63,465 nucleotides of DNA, filler included, from Octopus bimaculoides (GCF_001194135.2; 8 parts of 6 records of this genome joined end to end with filler, not necessarily neighbours in it), one strand, 5' to 3'. Numbered from the whole stretch's first letter, positions 23,301-36,305 are shown. Notes: generated by a model not told the origin, from the letters alone. Translations and numbers: made by a program.

Positions 23301-23395
23301 CAGTGAGGTAAAACAGCAATGAGGTGCCATGTGTTGGTAGTGTACCTGCAGTCAACTACCAACACATGATACATCAAGGTTGTTTTGCCTCACTG
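23301..23395 (+). other. Isolated 95-nt hairpin (41-bp stem, 13-nt loop)
   Basis: Manual pairing: 37 of 41 positions paired including 3 G:U; loop GTACCTGCAGTCA. Confidence 0.8.
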
Positions 23396-23629
23396 TGAAC
23401 CCTATGTTATGGTACTTAGCCAGTTCTGGCGACCTACGTGCTGAGGCCCCTAGATTCTAACGAATGTTATGTATATATACGTATGTGTATCTGTGAATGC
23501 ATAAAGGTATGTATGTATGTATGTATGTATGTATGTGTGTATGTAGGTAGGTAGGTAGGTAGGTAGGTATGCTTGTAAGTATATGTGTATGTAAGTATGT
23601 TTGCATGTATGTGTGCATACGCACACGCA

Positions 23630-23780
23630 AAAACCTGGCTTCCGAACAGTTTCGCTTGGCAAAATTTCTCTTAGACTGTGCGAAACAGGGGCTACAGTAG
23701 ATGATTCTTATCCATGGTACCACGCAGTGAAATGAAACCTAGAAACACATGCTTGCGAAACGAAAACTTTAAGCACACAA
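23630..23780 (-). mobile_element. SINE family C head fragment, old
   Basis: Reverse complement of tRNA head plus CORE-like segment (GGGGCTACAGTAGATGATTCTTATCCATGGTACCACGCAG). Confidence 0.5.
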
Positions 23781-24143
23781 TTAATTCTGTGCCTAGTAGC
23801 ATTATTAATAAAATAAACGAAAACACGGAATCATTTTTACAGTAATTATAGGGGAACAAGTTAATATTAAGATTAAGGATTCAAAATTGTATTTCTAGCT
23901 AATTAAACATTTCGTTTATAACCAGCTTCCGCGATAAACATTATAAAAATTTGAATGCTGCGAAAACAAAAAATTATTCAGATTTTTTACGTTCAAGCTG
24001 TTTTCATCAAATATTTTCAATATTATATAAATTATATAAAATAGGAACATTTCGAAACTTGCAATTTTTTTTTTAAATGTTGTTGACATTTGAAGTTATA
24101 ATTTTATAATATCGGATTTGAAATTTTTATCGGAATTGCAATC

Positions 24144-24243
24144 NNNNNNNNNNNNNNNNNNNNNNNNNNNNNNNNNNNNNNNNNNNNTTAATTAATTAAN
24201 NNNNNNNNNNNNNNNNNNNNNNNNNNNNNNNNNNNNNNNNNNN
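24144..24243. other. Artificial scaffold spacer 44N-TTAATTAATTAA-44N (also at 32333, 44188, 46792, 54223, 58216, 62213)
   Basis: Identical 12-mer with stops in all six frames, centred in 100-bp gaps, seven times. Confidence 0.95.
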
Positions 24244-24887
24244 TACATACATACATATATATATACATATAGATAGAATAGAGACAGCTGATGAAGGGAT
24301 ATTCCAAGTGGCTTTCCGTTTTCCTATGTGTTCGTTCCGTTGTCTGTAGTTTATTGTTCTAACGTCCTGTACCCTGATATGCATGTATATACACATGTAG
24401 ATGTAAGTATGTACATATATGTGTGTATACATGTATATATATTCTTTGTATTATTACATATATATATATACGTCTGTATATTCATATCCATGTATATATA
24501 TATATGCATACATATTCAAATGTACATATATACATACAAAGACAAAGGCACACACATATATATCGCACGCTGGAAAATAAAGGACCTTATCTTAGTATAG
24601 TCCATGGCTGGTTATTTTCTTTTCAGAGGAAAAGCACCCGTATTTTCTTCTTCCAATAAACAGAAATTGAGTGGTAATTACTATTTAAATCGAACGAGAA
24701 CTTAACTGAAATTGGTTAACTGTTTTGTATATCGTATATTAAATCATAAAAATTCATGCACAAGCTGCGTATATATATATATATATANNNNNNNNNNNNN
24801 NNNNNNNNNNNNNNNNNNNNNNNNNNNNNNNNNNNNNNNNNNNNNNNNNNNNNNNNNNNNNNNNNNNNNNNNNNNNNNNNNNNNNNN

Positions 24888-24934
<47 letters not shown>

Positions 24935-25419
24935 ACAGTTTATCTACCTACCAATCTATATATTTCTCTCTCTCCATATATGTATGCGTATGCGTATGTG
25001 TGATGCGTTTATGTTATTTAGGTATGTGTGTATGTGGGTTCGCGACTGTATCTTTGTTTATATGTGTATGTAATTTGTACGCGTAACCGTTAGCTGTCAC
25101 TTTTTCACAGTCGTCTCCTTGACTGACTGCCTGCATGACAGTGTGATTGTCTGTCTGTCAGTTGCTCGTCACACGTCTGGCTCCTTGCACTCTTAAGTGA
25201 AACATAGGGAAAACATTAATGACGTCTGTGTGAGTGTAAACTGTGTGTGTGTCAGTGCCAGTGCGTGTGTGTGCGTGTGTGTGTGTGTGTGTGTAAGTTG
25301 TGTGTGTTGCGTGTGTATTTGTTTAAGTACATGTGTGTGAGTGTAAAATGTATGATATATGTGTGTTTATATACGTTATATATATATGCACACACACATA
25401 CACACACACATACACGCAC

Positions 25420-25456
<37 letters not shown>

Positions 25457-26013
25457 AACAGACATAGATATATGTGTGTGTGCGTGTATATAAACGCGCA
25501 CAGACATGTCTGTACGGATGGATAGATGTAGGTATGCATATTTGTCTCTCACGGTCTGTATCTCTTTCATACAAAAAGAGAGAGTGAGTGAGAGGGTGAG
25601 TAAGAGAGTTATGCGAGGATTGTGTCCATGTGTGAGTCTGTATAAAAGTTGTATGCAGCTAAATTATATATATATATATATATGCAGGCAGAGATAAACT
25701 CACATGCACACCATAGAGATATACTAAGAAAGTGTAAAGCATGTGGCTACACATATTTTCTTTTTCCTCTCCATGGACACAGTCGATATAATACTTTAGA
25801 TTTATCACAACAGAAAATATACTCGACTTCTACTCACAGAGCTAATATCAACTAATGCAATTTATAGTGTATGGATATCAACTAATGCAATTTATAGTGT
25901 ATGGAAATGAGGTCAGAGTAAAAATTGGCATGACTAATTTGCATACCTTGTATGTTAATTAATTAATTGATTAATTAATTAAACAATTGATTAATTAAAT
26001 AATAGGGCACTAC

Positions 26014-26179
26014 AGGCGCAGGAGTGGCTGTGTGATAAGTAGCTTGCTTACCGACCACATGGTTCCGGGTTCAGGCCCACTGCGTGGCACTTTGGGCAAG
26101 TGTCTTCTACTATAGCCTCGGGCCGACCAAAGCCTTGTGAGCGAATTTGGTACACGGAAACTGAAAGAAGCCCGTCGTA

Positions 26180-26219
<40 letters not shown>

Positions 26220-26491
26220 NNNNNNNNNNNNNNNNNNNNNNNNNNNNNNNNNNNNNNNNNNNNNGTGTGTGGATGTGTGTGTGTGTGTCTGTGTTTGTCC
26301 CCCCAACATCGCTTGACAACCGATCCTGGTGTGTTTACGTCCCCGTAACCTAGCGGTTCGGCAAAAGGGGAGGATAGAATAAGTACTAGGCTTACAAAGA
26401 ATAAGTCCTGGGGTCGATTTGCTCGACTAAAGGCGGTGCTCCAGCATGGCCACAGTCAAATGACTGGAACATGTAAAAGAGTAAAAGAGTA
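26014..26491 (+). mobile_element. tRNA-derived SINE family C (CORE-like segment) with internal microsatellite, full length
   Basis: Head GGCGCAGGAGTGGCTGTGTG..GGGTTCAGGCCC; CORE-like GCACTTTGGGCAAGTGTCTTCT; internal (TA)n(TG)n; 3' CAGCATGGCCACAGTCAAATGACTG plus GTAAAAGA tandem tail. Confidence 0.85.
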
Positions 26492-26573
26492 CAGTGTGAT
26501 TGTTGAATAGTCATAATAGTAGCTCATCCGTTTTTAATCGTAGAATTTACTTTTAAAAAGTCAATAAAGTGCC

Positions 26574-26915
26574 GACAATGCTAGAGACAATTGGGTGTCA
26601 TTTTGGCGCGTGATCTACAATTTAAAGGGAGGTTACTTTAGGTTACTTTTTAATTTTATGCCAGTGCTACTTTTCCGTGTGATCTACGCGAGCAAATTTC
26701 CTTTGGTGGGTAATCTACGTGCTTATTTTAATTATATTGTTTATTCTTGATCTCTTGTTACTATTTACTAAGACACAAATGAAACAGTTTTCTTATTGTT
26801 AAAATAGTAAGAAATTTGAAAAAATATATTTACAATTCTAAGGATGTCCTACAGTAATCTCCCTTGTAGATCACACGCCAAAGTGGCAACAACAATTGTT
26901 GTGCTCTGTATTGTC
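26574..26915. mobile_element. MITE with about 65-bp imperfect TIRs
   Basis: GACAATG..ACAATTG..TTTTGGCGCGTGATCTACAA..GGGAGGTTACT versus reverse complement of AGTAATCTCCCTTGTAGATCACACGCCAAAGTGG..ATTGTC. Confidence 0.7.
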
Positions 26916-27404
26916 ATGAAAAATTAGGTAGACTTGTTCAACTCTACCCATGATTCTTTATACTGCTGTGATTAGATGCCTCTAATTTCCCTATGAACAG
27001 ATGATGGCTATATTTCCTCGTATAATGGTTTAACAAGAATAAAAAAAAGAATTTAAAATAATTAGGTTGAATCCCTCTTCTCTCCACGACAGGCCAAAAC
27101 TCTAAACAGTATGTTTGTTGAAAAAACATATCTTACGTTTCACATGATCAACAATATATATGCATGTATGTATGGTTGTATGTCTGTATGTATGCATGTA
27201 TCTATATATATTTATGTACATACATACATTCACATGTGTGAGTGTGTGTGTCGGTGTGTGTGTGTNNNNNNNNNNGCTCTAATGCTGTAGTCAAGGCACA
27301 CAATTGTATACATATATAGTGACAGGGACAGTTATGTGCTTTCACTACAGCATTAGAGCATTTTAGCTCTTATTTCTAGCAATTTATGTGTTTCTAACAC
27401 CCTA

Positions 27405-28126
27405 GTCATATTTAGTGAACCCTCCAAAAGGTGGAGGCATGTACCAAAGTTAAGTCGACCACATTTTTTCACTTTTGGTTCCGTTGTTAATGGATATAGT
27501 CTTGCGCTGGTTAATAGTTTTTTCAATGATTTAGGTTGCATTTTGCTTTTGATAATTTTGTGTGAGCCTAAAACTTTGTTCATTATTTTATCTTCTATGA
27601 GGATGGGTAGATTTTGGATGATAATGTTGAAGGCTTCATTGTTTCTAGGGTTATATGTGGATATGTATGGGAGTATTTTTAAGCCTGGTGTAGTATTTCG
27701 GTTGACTTTCCTTAATGTTCGTATATCTATTTCTTTTGCTTGTTTAATGCCACCATTTATTAATGATATTGGGTAATGCCTTTTGATTAGTATTGACCTG
27801 AGTTCACGGAGTCTTCGTTCACGAGTATAGGAGTCTGAAACTATGGTACAGATTCTTTTCGCTAGATTATCAGGTATATTAATTTTACTGTGTTTGGGGT
27901 GGCATGAGTTGAATAATAGGTATTGTTTAGAATCTGTGTGTTTATAGAAGATGTCTGTTTCGATGTTATTGACTATTTTAATTAGGATGTCAAGAAAAAG
28001 GAGTTGTTTACTGCTGTGCACCATGGTGAATTGTATGTTGCTATTAATATTGTTAAGCATTATTTTGAAATCAAGGAGTTCGTCCATGTTATCTTTCCAA
28101 AGTATAAAGCAATTGTCCAAATACCT

Positions 28127-28128
<2 letters not shown>
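27405..28128 (-). mobile_element. Penelope-like element RT/thumb fragment, open frame of about 240 codons
   Basis: KRYLDNCFILW, QFT..LLFLDILI, TDIFYKHTDSKQYLLFNSCHPKH.K.NIP.NLA.RICTIVS; 5' side cut by (TA)n. Confidence 0.88.
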
Positions 28129-28166
<38 letters not shown>

Positions 28167-28578
28167 AATATATAAAAACAACACACTCTTTACCACTTCA
28201 TACTAAAAATATCCGCCTATGGATATAATAACAGATTNNNNNNNNNNNNNNNNNNNNNNNNNNNNNNNNNNNNNNNNNNNNNNNNNNNNNNNNNNNNNNN
28301 NNNNNNNNNNNNNNNNNNNNNNNNNNNNNNNNNNNNNNNNNNNNNNNNNNNNNNNNNNNNNNNNNNNNNNNNNNNNNNNNNNNNNNNNNNNNNNNNNNNN
28401 NNNNNNNNNNNNNNNNNNNNNNNNNNNNNNNNNNNNNNNNNNNNNNNNNNNNNNNNNNNNNNNNNNNNNNNNNNNNNNNNNNNNNNNNNNNNNNNNNNNN
28501 NNNNNNNNNNNNNNNNNNNNNNNNNNNNNNNNNNNNCCTGTATCCTCCTGGGTTTGGTTAAATCCAATACCCTCCTCA

Positions 28579-28610
<32 letters not shown>

Positions 28611-28713
28611 ACACCAGACTTAAATACGCCGAAACTACATTGAATCTGGATCCTTTGATTGAAGAGAGGTATTCATGTCTGGTTTCCCTTTCCTTTTAAT
28701 CATTTTCCATGTC

Positions 28714-28748
<35 letters not shown>

Positions 28749-28807
28749 ATCTATTTATCTGTGTGTGTGTGCGTGTGTGTGTACATATGTGTGCATGTGT
28801 ATGTAGG

Positions 28808-28870
<63 letters not shown>

Positions 28871-29202
28871 TGTGTAGAGAGCACCCGCCGCCTCTCTTTG
28901 TCGTAGACAACAGTTGTTGATGTTACTGTTGTGGTTGTTGTTTTTTGTTGTTGTTTTTGCTGTCAATGTTCTTGCATTTCGTATTGTAGTTGTTAATATC
29001 AGTTGATGCTGTTGATTCAGCTGTTGGTGTCTCATACGTAGCAGTCTTTTTTTTTTTCTTTTTCTTCTTTTTGCTTTGCGCCAACATCACTTGTGGACGT
29101 CGACTTCAACTCGAGAGCATAAGTATGTCTTTCACTGGAGTTTTCGTGGCTACAGTCTTGGACCAGCTGCTCGCGGTTTACCAACCCAGGTGAAAGAATA
29201 AC

Positions 29203-29218
29203 TAGTAGTAGTAGCAGC

Positions 29219-29304
<86 letters not shown>

Positions 29305-29313
29305 TAGTAGTAG
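29203..29313. repeat. Compound (TAG)n/(CAG)n/(TAG)n microsatellite
   Basis: Direct reading. Confidence 0.95.
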
Positions 29314-29842
29314 TGAAATAAATTAAAGGTGGTAGTTATGGAGGTATAGATTCAGCAAGTTGTTATTGTAGTGGCGATGGCAGTAGTTGTTGTTGATGTG
29401 GATAATTATTGTTGCTGTTAAGAGTTTCTGTTATTCAAATCCCCTTTCCTCAGAAAAAGCAAACGCACACATATATAACGAACACACACACACACAAGCA
29501 CGTGCGTGCACATTTCCCACATGCAATGAAAAGCTTACTGGTATATCTATACACGTACACATATACACACCATACACACACACATACACACACACATGTG
29601 TATGACTGAACATAAGTGTAGATATAAGTGTAGATATAAACATTTACACGAACACACACAAGTGGAAGCACGACTTCTACACGCACACAGTACTTATATA
29701 TTCAATATATATTCTTATAATTAGATGATATATCATATATATACATTGTATATATGTGCCTATATTCATCGACATGAATACATATATGTAAAAACAAATA
29801 TACACAAATGTTTTATTTATAGATGTGTGCATCTGCATATGG

Positions 29843-29887
<45 letters not shown>

Positions 29888-30289
29888 NNNNNNNNNNNNN
29901 NNNNNNNNNNNNNNNNNNNNNNNNNNNNNNNNNNNNNNNNNNNNNNNNNNNNNNNNNNNNNNNNNNNNNNNNNNNNNNNNNNNNNNNNNNNNNNNNNNNN
30001 NNNNNNNNNNNNNNNNNNNNNNNNNNNNNNNNNNNNNNNNNNNNNNNNNNNNNNNNNNNNNNNNNNNNNNNNNNNNNNNNNNNNNNNNNNNNNNNNNNNN
30101 NNNNNNNNNNNNNNNNNNNNNNNNNNNNNNNNNNNNNNNNNNNNNNNNNNNNNNNNNNNNNNNNNNNNNNNNNNNNNNCCCAAAGTACCGTTGTTCTCAG
30201 AAGGATAGTAAACAGAAAAATAAAGATAATTAACAAATAACATGAGAAATGCGTGCGCACTCACAAATACACCCACCCACACACACACA

Positions 30290-30333
<44 letters not shown>

Positions 30334-30944
30334 TATGTATCTAATATTTATCCAGTATAAAAGAGTACATATATTTGTGCGTCTGCGTATTTGTGTATAT
30401 GTGTGGGTTCATGCATGTGTATGTGTGTGTGTTTGAATGTGTTTGCGTATGTGTATGCGTGTGTGCGTGTGCGTGCGTGTGTGTGTGTGTGTGTGTGAGT
30501 GTGAGTGCTGGCAGCCACTTATTACAGTCACGAGCAATATCGAAATTAGTGGAACCCTAACTTGTACAGGATACTGTTATGACTTCTGCTTAATGTCATC
30601 AAGCAATTACTTGTTATGTAAAAGACTAAATCCGAAATTGAACATAATAAACAGTTCTGTATAAATATACATACATATATATACACGTAGGGATACATAA
30701 GCTAGAGAGAGAGGGAGAAGGATACTTGGATGGATGGTTGGTTGGATGGATGGATTGATAGATGGCTACACACACACTCAGTGCATTCAAGCGCGCATGC
30801 GTGCACACACACACGCCCGCACACGCGCCGCACATATATATATATAGGAAGGATACCAAGAATAGATTTGAAAATGCGTTAGTCTAACTTTTTAGCCTAA
30901 GTGAACAATAAATTTGTTCAGTGCGTTTATATTTTTTTAAATTT

Positions 30945-31252
30945 TTACTTGTTTCAGTTATTTTAACGACGGCCATACTGGAGCACCGACTTGAAGGATT
31001 TTAGTCGAGCAAAACGACTCCAGGACATTTTTTTCGAATCACCAAGCTACGGGGACGTAAACACACTAACACCGATTGTCGAATGGTGATGGGGGATAAA
31101 CACAGACACAAAGACACACTCACACACACACACACACACACATACAATGGACTCCTTTCAGTTTCCGTTCACCAAATCCATTGGTCGGCCGAAGGCTAGA
31201 GTAGAAGACACTTGCCCAAGTTGCGATGCAGTGGGACTGAACTCGGAAGCAG

Positions 31253-31255
<3 letters not shown>
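30945..31255 (-). mobile_element. SINE family C copy with internal (CA)n
   Basis: GGCCATACTGGAGCACCG ... GAAGACACTTGCCCAAG. Confidence 0.8.
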
Positions 31256-31300
<45 letters not shown>

Positions 31301-31770
31301 TTTNNNNNNNNNNNNNNNNNNNNNNNNNNNNNNNNNNNNNNNNNNNNNNNNNNNNNNNNNNNNNNNNNNNNNNNNNNNNNNNNNNNNNNNNNNNNNNNNN
31401 NNNNNNNNNNNNNNNNNNNNNNNNNNNNNNNNNNNNNNNNNNNNNNNNNNNNNNNNNNNNNNNNNNNNNNNNNNNNNNNNNNNNNNNNNNNNNNNNNNNN
31501 NNNNNNNNNNNNNNNNNNNNNNNNNNNNNNNNNNNNNNNNNNNNNNNNNNNNNNNNNNNNNNNNNNNNNNNNNNNNNNNNNNNNNNNNNNNNNNNNNNNN
31601 NNNNNNNNNNNNNNNNNNNNNNNNNNNNNNNNNNNNNNNNNNNNNNNNNNNNNNNNNNNNNNNNNNNNNNNNNNNNNNNNNNNNNNNNNNNNNNNNNNNN
31701 NNNNNNNNNNNNNNNNNNNNNNNNNNNNNNNNNNNNNNNNNNNNNNNNNNNNNNNNNNNNNNNNNNNNNN

Positions 31771-31816
<46 letters not shown>

Positions 31817-31954
31817 GTGAGTGAGTGAGTGAGAGAAACAGACAGACTAAAAGAGAGGAACTATTACAGAGGGTAAGAGACAATATGTATAAGCAAGAGA
31901 AACAGAAAATGAGAAAAAGGGAGAGAAAAGAGCAATATACAGAGAGAGAAAAGA

Positions 31955-32180
31955 GAGAGAATCGGTTGAAAATTGCAGAAGCTCTTAGAGTAAAACTCCG
32001 TTTACCCTGGTTTCTCGCTTCACGCGGGAGTTCTGGGCAAACGTTATAGTGCCTGACCATCCTTGGCACATAAGTAATGTGTGTGTATAGTTTGGTGAAA
32101 ATCGGTTGAAAACTGTAAAAATGCATACATACTACACACACACGTACACACATCATTTGTTTTATATATATAGATATATG
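31955..32180 (+). mobile_element. Possible 3' end of a Helitron/Helentron-associated non-autonomous element (DINE-1/HINE-like)
   Basis: AGTTTGGTGAAAATCGGTTGAAAACTGT...short CA repeat...TTTTATATATATAGAT terminus. Confidence 0.45.
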
Positions 32181-32388
32181 ATTATAGGCTTATATTAAAT
32201 TTTACCTCTACGGTTTTAATGCATGCTAGCCACTGATATTAATATTATTATTATTTTACAATAATTATGTATATATATATATATATATNNNNNNNNNNNN
32301 NNNNNNNNNNNNNNNNNNNNNNNNNNNNNNNNTTAATTAATTAANNNNNNNNNNNNNNNNNNNNNNNNNNNNNNNNNNNNNNNNNNNN

Positions 32389-32426
<38 letters not shown>

Positions 32427-32885
32427 TCATACACACACATATGCATGTATATACACACGTCTGTATGTATACATGCTCGAATGTATGTAAGTATATGAAT
32501 ATATACTTGTACATATGTATGTATGATTATACAGAAAGCAATGGATAAGATATTATTCACACATTAAGACAGCTGTCTGTGGTATACCGAACGTCTTATG
32601 CTTCAGTTCCATTAGCTCCGAATTAAGGGCCCCTGTCACCACGGGACACTTATCAAAAAGGAACCGGAAGTAACTCATTTAATTCCCATCAGATAAAATC
32701 AATCAATGTTCTTTCCTCTTAATTAACATTGATGGACATTAAGTTCCGAACAGTTGCTTCGCCTTTGAATACAGGAGCATGGTGCAGAAATAATCACAGC
32801 GTTCTCAAACACCAGCATATATGCGTATAAAGGATACACACTCACAGATTAAACACACAGTTACAAAAGTACATACACACATACG

Positions 32886-32955
<70 letters not shown>

Positions 32956-33484
32956 NNNNNNNNNNNNNNNNNNNNNNNNNNNNNNNNNNNNNNNNNNNNN
33001 NNNNNNNNNNNNNNNNNNNNNNNNNNNNNNNNNNNNNNNNNNNNNNNNNNNNNNNNNNNNNNNNNNNNNNNNNNNNNNNNNNNNNNNNNNNNNNNNNNNN
33101 NNNNNNNNNNNNNNNNNNNNNNNNNNNNNNNNNNNNNNNNNNNNNNNNNNNNNNNNNNNNNNNNNNNNNNNNNNNNNNNNNNNNNNNNNNNNNNNNNNNN
33201 NNNNNNNNNNNNNNNNNNNNNNNNNNNNNNNNNNNNNNNNNNNNNNNNNNNNNNNNNNNNNNNNNNNNNNNNNNNNNNNNNNNNNNNNNNNNNNNNNNNN
33301 NNNNNNNNNNNNNNNNNNNNNNNNNNNNNNNNNNNNNNNNNNNNNNNNNNNNNNNNNNNNNNNNNNNNNNNNNNNNNNNNNNNNNNNNNNNNNNNNNNNN
33401 NNNNNNNNNNNNNNNNNNNNNNNNNNNNNNNNNNNNNNNNNNNNNNNNNNNNNNNNNNNNNNNNNNNGTACATACACACATACG

Positions 33485-33542
<58 letters not shown>

Positions 33543-34042
33543 CATTTATGTATATATATATGTATGTATGTATACACATGCATACATACATATTTATATG
33601 TGTATGTATATAATATATACAATGATATGTATATAGATACCTACACATATAATTACCTACACACATGCAGAGGCACACATACGTATATAGACACAAGCAC
33701 ACACGAATGTGTGTGTGTTTATGTCTGTATGTGTGTGAGTATGCGTATTAATGTATACACTCACATGTGTACACATTCATACATCACACACACACACTCA
33801 CAAAGCAAACACTCGAGCACACACTGGTATATAAACATACGTGCATGGATGTATACATGTGTAGCATGGATATATGTGTGTGTGTATGTGTGTATGCACC
33901 GTGTGCGTGTGTATGCGTGTATGTTCGCGCGTATGAGTATATATATATGTCCTTATGTATGTGTGTGTATGTGTGTGCGCGGCGTGTGCGTGTGTATGTG
34001 TGTATGTTTGCGATCTTTATATGTCCATATATGTATGAGTGT

Positions 34043-34073
<31 letters not shown>

Positions 34074-34529
34074 CTTGTGTGAAGTGCTCACGCGTTTGTA
34101 TATTGGCTCCGTTATCTCTTTTATATTTAGGAATGGCAGCTGGAATGAAATATTGCCAGAGCACACGTGTGTGCGCGCTCGCATGTGTGTGTGTGTGTGC
34201 TTGTGTTTTTATGTGTGTATGTGTATGTGTGCGTTCCAGCAAAAGTGCTAATGAGTGACGTAGGGACGTGTGTATATATGTTGAACTTAGCAGATGCACT
34301 CGTGTTATGCTACTGCCTGTCACCCGGTGCATCTGTTAAAGACTGCACCTTCATGACATCTGTTCTTGTTCACTGCACCCAGAAACACAGACAACAACAA
34401 CAACAAAAATTCCCAACCGTATTTCTTGCATGTCAGGCAGCACGGTGAGCACTTTGCGGGTGCTGTCGCCTCTACAGCATCACAGATACAGAGATAAACA
34501 GAAACGTACAGGCACACACACACACACAA

Positions 34530-34581
<52 letters not shown>

Positions 34582-35009
34582 NNNNNNNNNNNNNNNNNNN
34601 NNNNNNNNNNNNNNNNNNNNNNNNNNNNNNNNNNNNNNNNNNNNNNNNNNNNNNNNNNNNNNNNNNNNNNNNNNNNNNNNNNNNNNNNNNNNNNNNNNNN
34701 NNNNNNNNNNNNNNNNNNNNNNNNNNNNNNNNNNNNNNNNNNNNNNNNNNNNNNNNNNNNNNNNNNNNNNNNNNNNNNNNNNNNNNNNNNNNNNNNNNNN
34801 NNNNNNNNNNNNNNNNNNNNNNNNNNNNNNNNNNNNNNNNNNNNNNNNNNNNNNNNNNNNNNNNNNNNNNNNNNNNNNNNNNNNNNNNNNNNNNNNNNNN
34901 NNNNNNNNNNNNNNNNNNNNNNNNNNNNNNNNNNNNNNNNNNNNNNNNNNNNNNNNNNNNNNNNNNNNNNNNNNNNNNNNNNNNNNNNNNNNNNNNNNNN
35001 NNNNNNNNN

Positions 35010-35720
35010 NGTTAATTAAATAAGTACTAGTTGGATATTGAGGTCAATGTAATCGACTTTACCGTCTTCCCCGAACTGTCTAGCCTTGTGCTAACATTTG
35101 AAATCTATATTCTTATAATTACACTACACAATGGCAGCAAGCCGGCGATTCTGGGAGAAAGGCAACGAGCTGGGAGAATCGTTAGCACGCCGGGCGAAAT
35201 GCTTAGCGGTATTTCTTCTGCCGTTACGTTCTGAGTTCAAATTCCGCTGAGGTCGACTTTGTCTCTCATCCTTTCGGGGTCGATAAATTAAGTACCAGTT
35301 ACGCACTGGGGTCGATGTAATCAGCTTAATACCTTTGTCTGTCTTTGTTTGTCCCCTCCATGTTTAGCCTCTTGTGGGCAATGAAGAAATAAGAATCGTT
35401 AGCACACCGGGCGAAATGCTTAACAGTATTTCGTCTGTCTCTACGTTCTGAGTTCAAATCCCGCCTTTCATCCTTTCGAGATCGATAAATTAAGTACCAG
35501 TTTCGACGACTTAGCAAAATCGTATCGTACCGAGCTGGACAAAATGCTTAGCGGCAGTTCTTTTGGCTCTCTCCGCTCTGAGTTTAAATTCCACTGAGGT
35601 TAGCTTGTCCTTTCATTTTCGAAGTTCGATAAAATAAGTACCAGTTGAGCACTAGAGTCGATATTTTCAACCTAGCCTCCTCCCCCAAATTTTGCGGTCT
35701 TGTACCCATAATAAGTAAAA
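35010..35720 (+). mobile_element. Cluster of four same-strand SINE family B copies or fragments
   Basis: Modules at about 35010-35105, 35130-35392, 35393-35500 (internally deleted) and 35505-35720. Confidence 0.85.
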
Positions 35721-36084
35721 AGTTATATCATTAATACTAGATCGACAACTGTCACTTTACTGACGGCAAGATAGTAAAATTTTAATTTTAAATTGTTTGT
35801 CCATTTAAAATGCTGTGTTCAATATATAAAATATATACAGTTTAAATCCGAAGACTCTTTTAAAGAATTAGAAAGTAATTAACTTTACTTCTATTTTCAT
35901 TGTCAGGAAAATAGATGTTATATAAGCGCCTTTTTAATCGGCAATTTATTGAAATTTAGTTCGTCTTTCTGAGAGAGGGCTAAGTAAATAATTTTATAAT
36001 ATTGTTCGACTAAAAAGCGTTTACTTTTTATTTCATATTCTTCAAATTTGATATATGCATTGTGCAATATTTACATTTACACAC

Positions 36085-36305
36085 GCTGTGTGGTTAAGAA
36101 ACTCGTTTTGCAATCAAATGGTTTCACGTTCAGTCCTAACTTCGCGCCATCCTGATCAAATATCTTCTACTATAGCTGTGAACTGACCTATGCTTTGTGA
36201 GTGCATTTGGTAGACGGAAACGTGGGTTTCTTTTTGCACTCCAACCCCCAATATCTTTGGGGGTGCAACAGCATGGCCAAATTCCAACGATTGAAATAAA
36301 GTAAA
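36085..36305 (+). mobile_element. SINE family C, decayed and internally deleted
   Basis: GCTGTGTGGTTAAG..TCTTCTACTATAGC..TTTGGTAGACGGAAAC..CAGCATGGCC. Confidence 0.7.

Noticed and set aside
23304-23310. UGAGGUA match to the start of let-7 at the hairpin base
   Set aside because: Only 7 nt, wrong position in the stem, and the remaining sequence is unlike let-7
24188-24199. Regularly recurring palindromic TTAATTAATTAA (7 times) that could be mistaken for a spaced repeat or CRISPR-like system
   Set aside because: Always centred in 44N+44N gaps and has stops in all six frames: an artificial scaffolding spacer
25845-25904. Short tandem duplications (30 bp x2 here; also about 7395, 21577, 29610, 42270, 47197)
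   Set aside because: Ordinary slippage duplications without shared sequence or spacing
34287-34340. 13-bp stem hairpin TTAGCAGATGCAC/GTGCATCTGTTAA
   Set aside because: Stem too short and interrupted for a pre-miRNA; no other support
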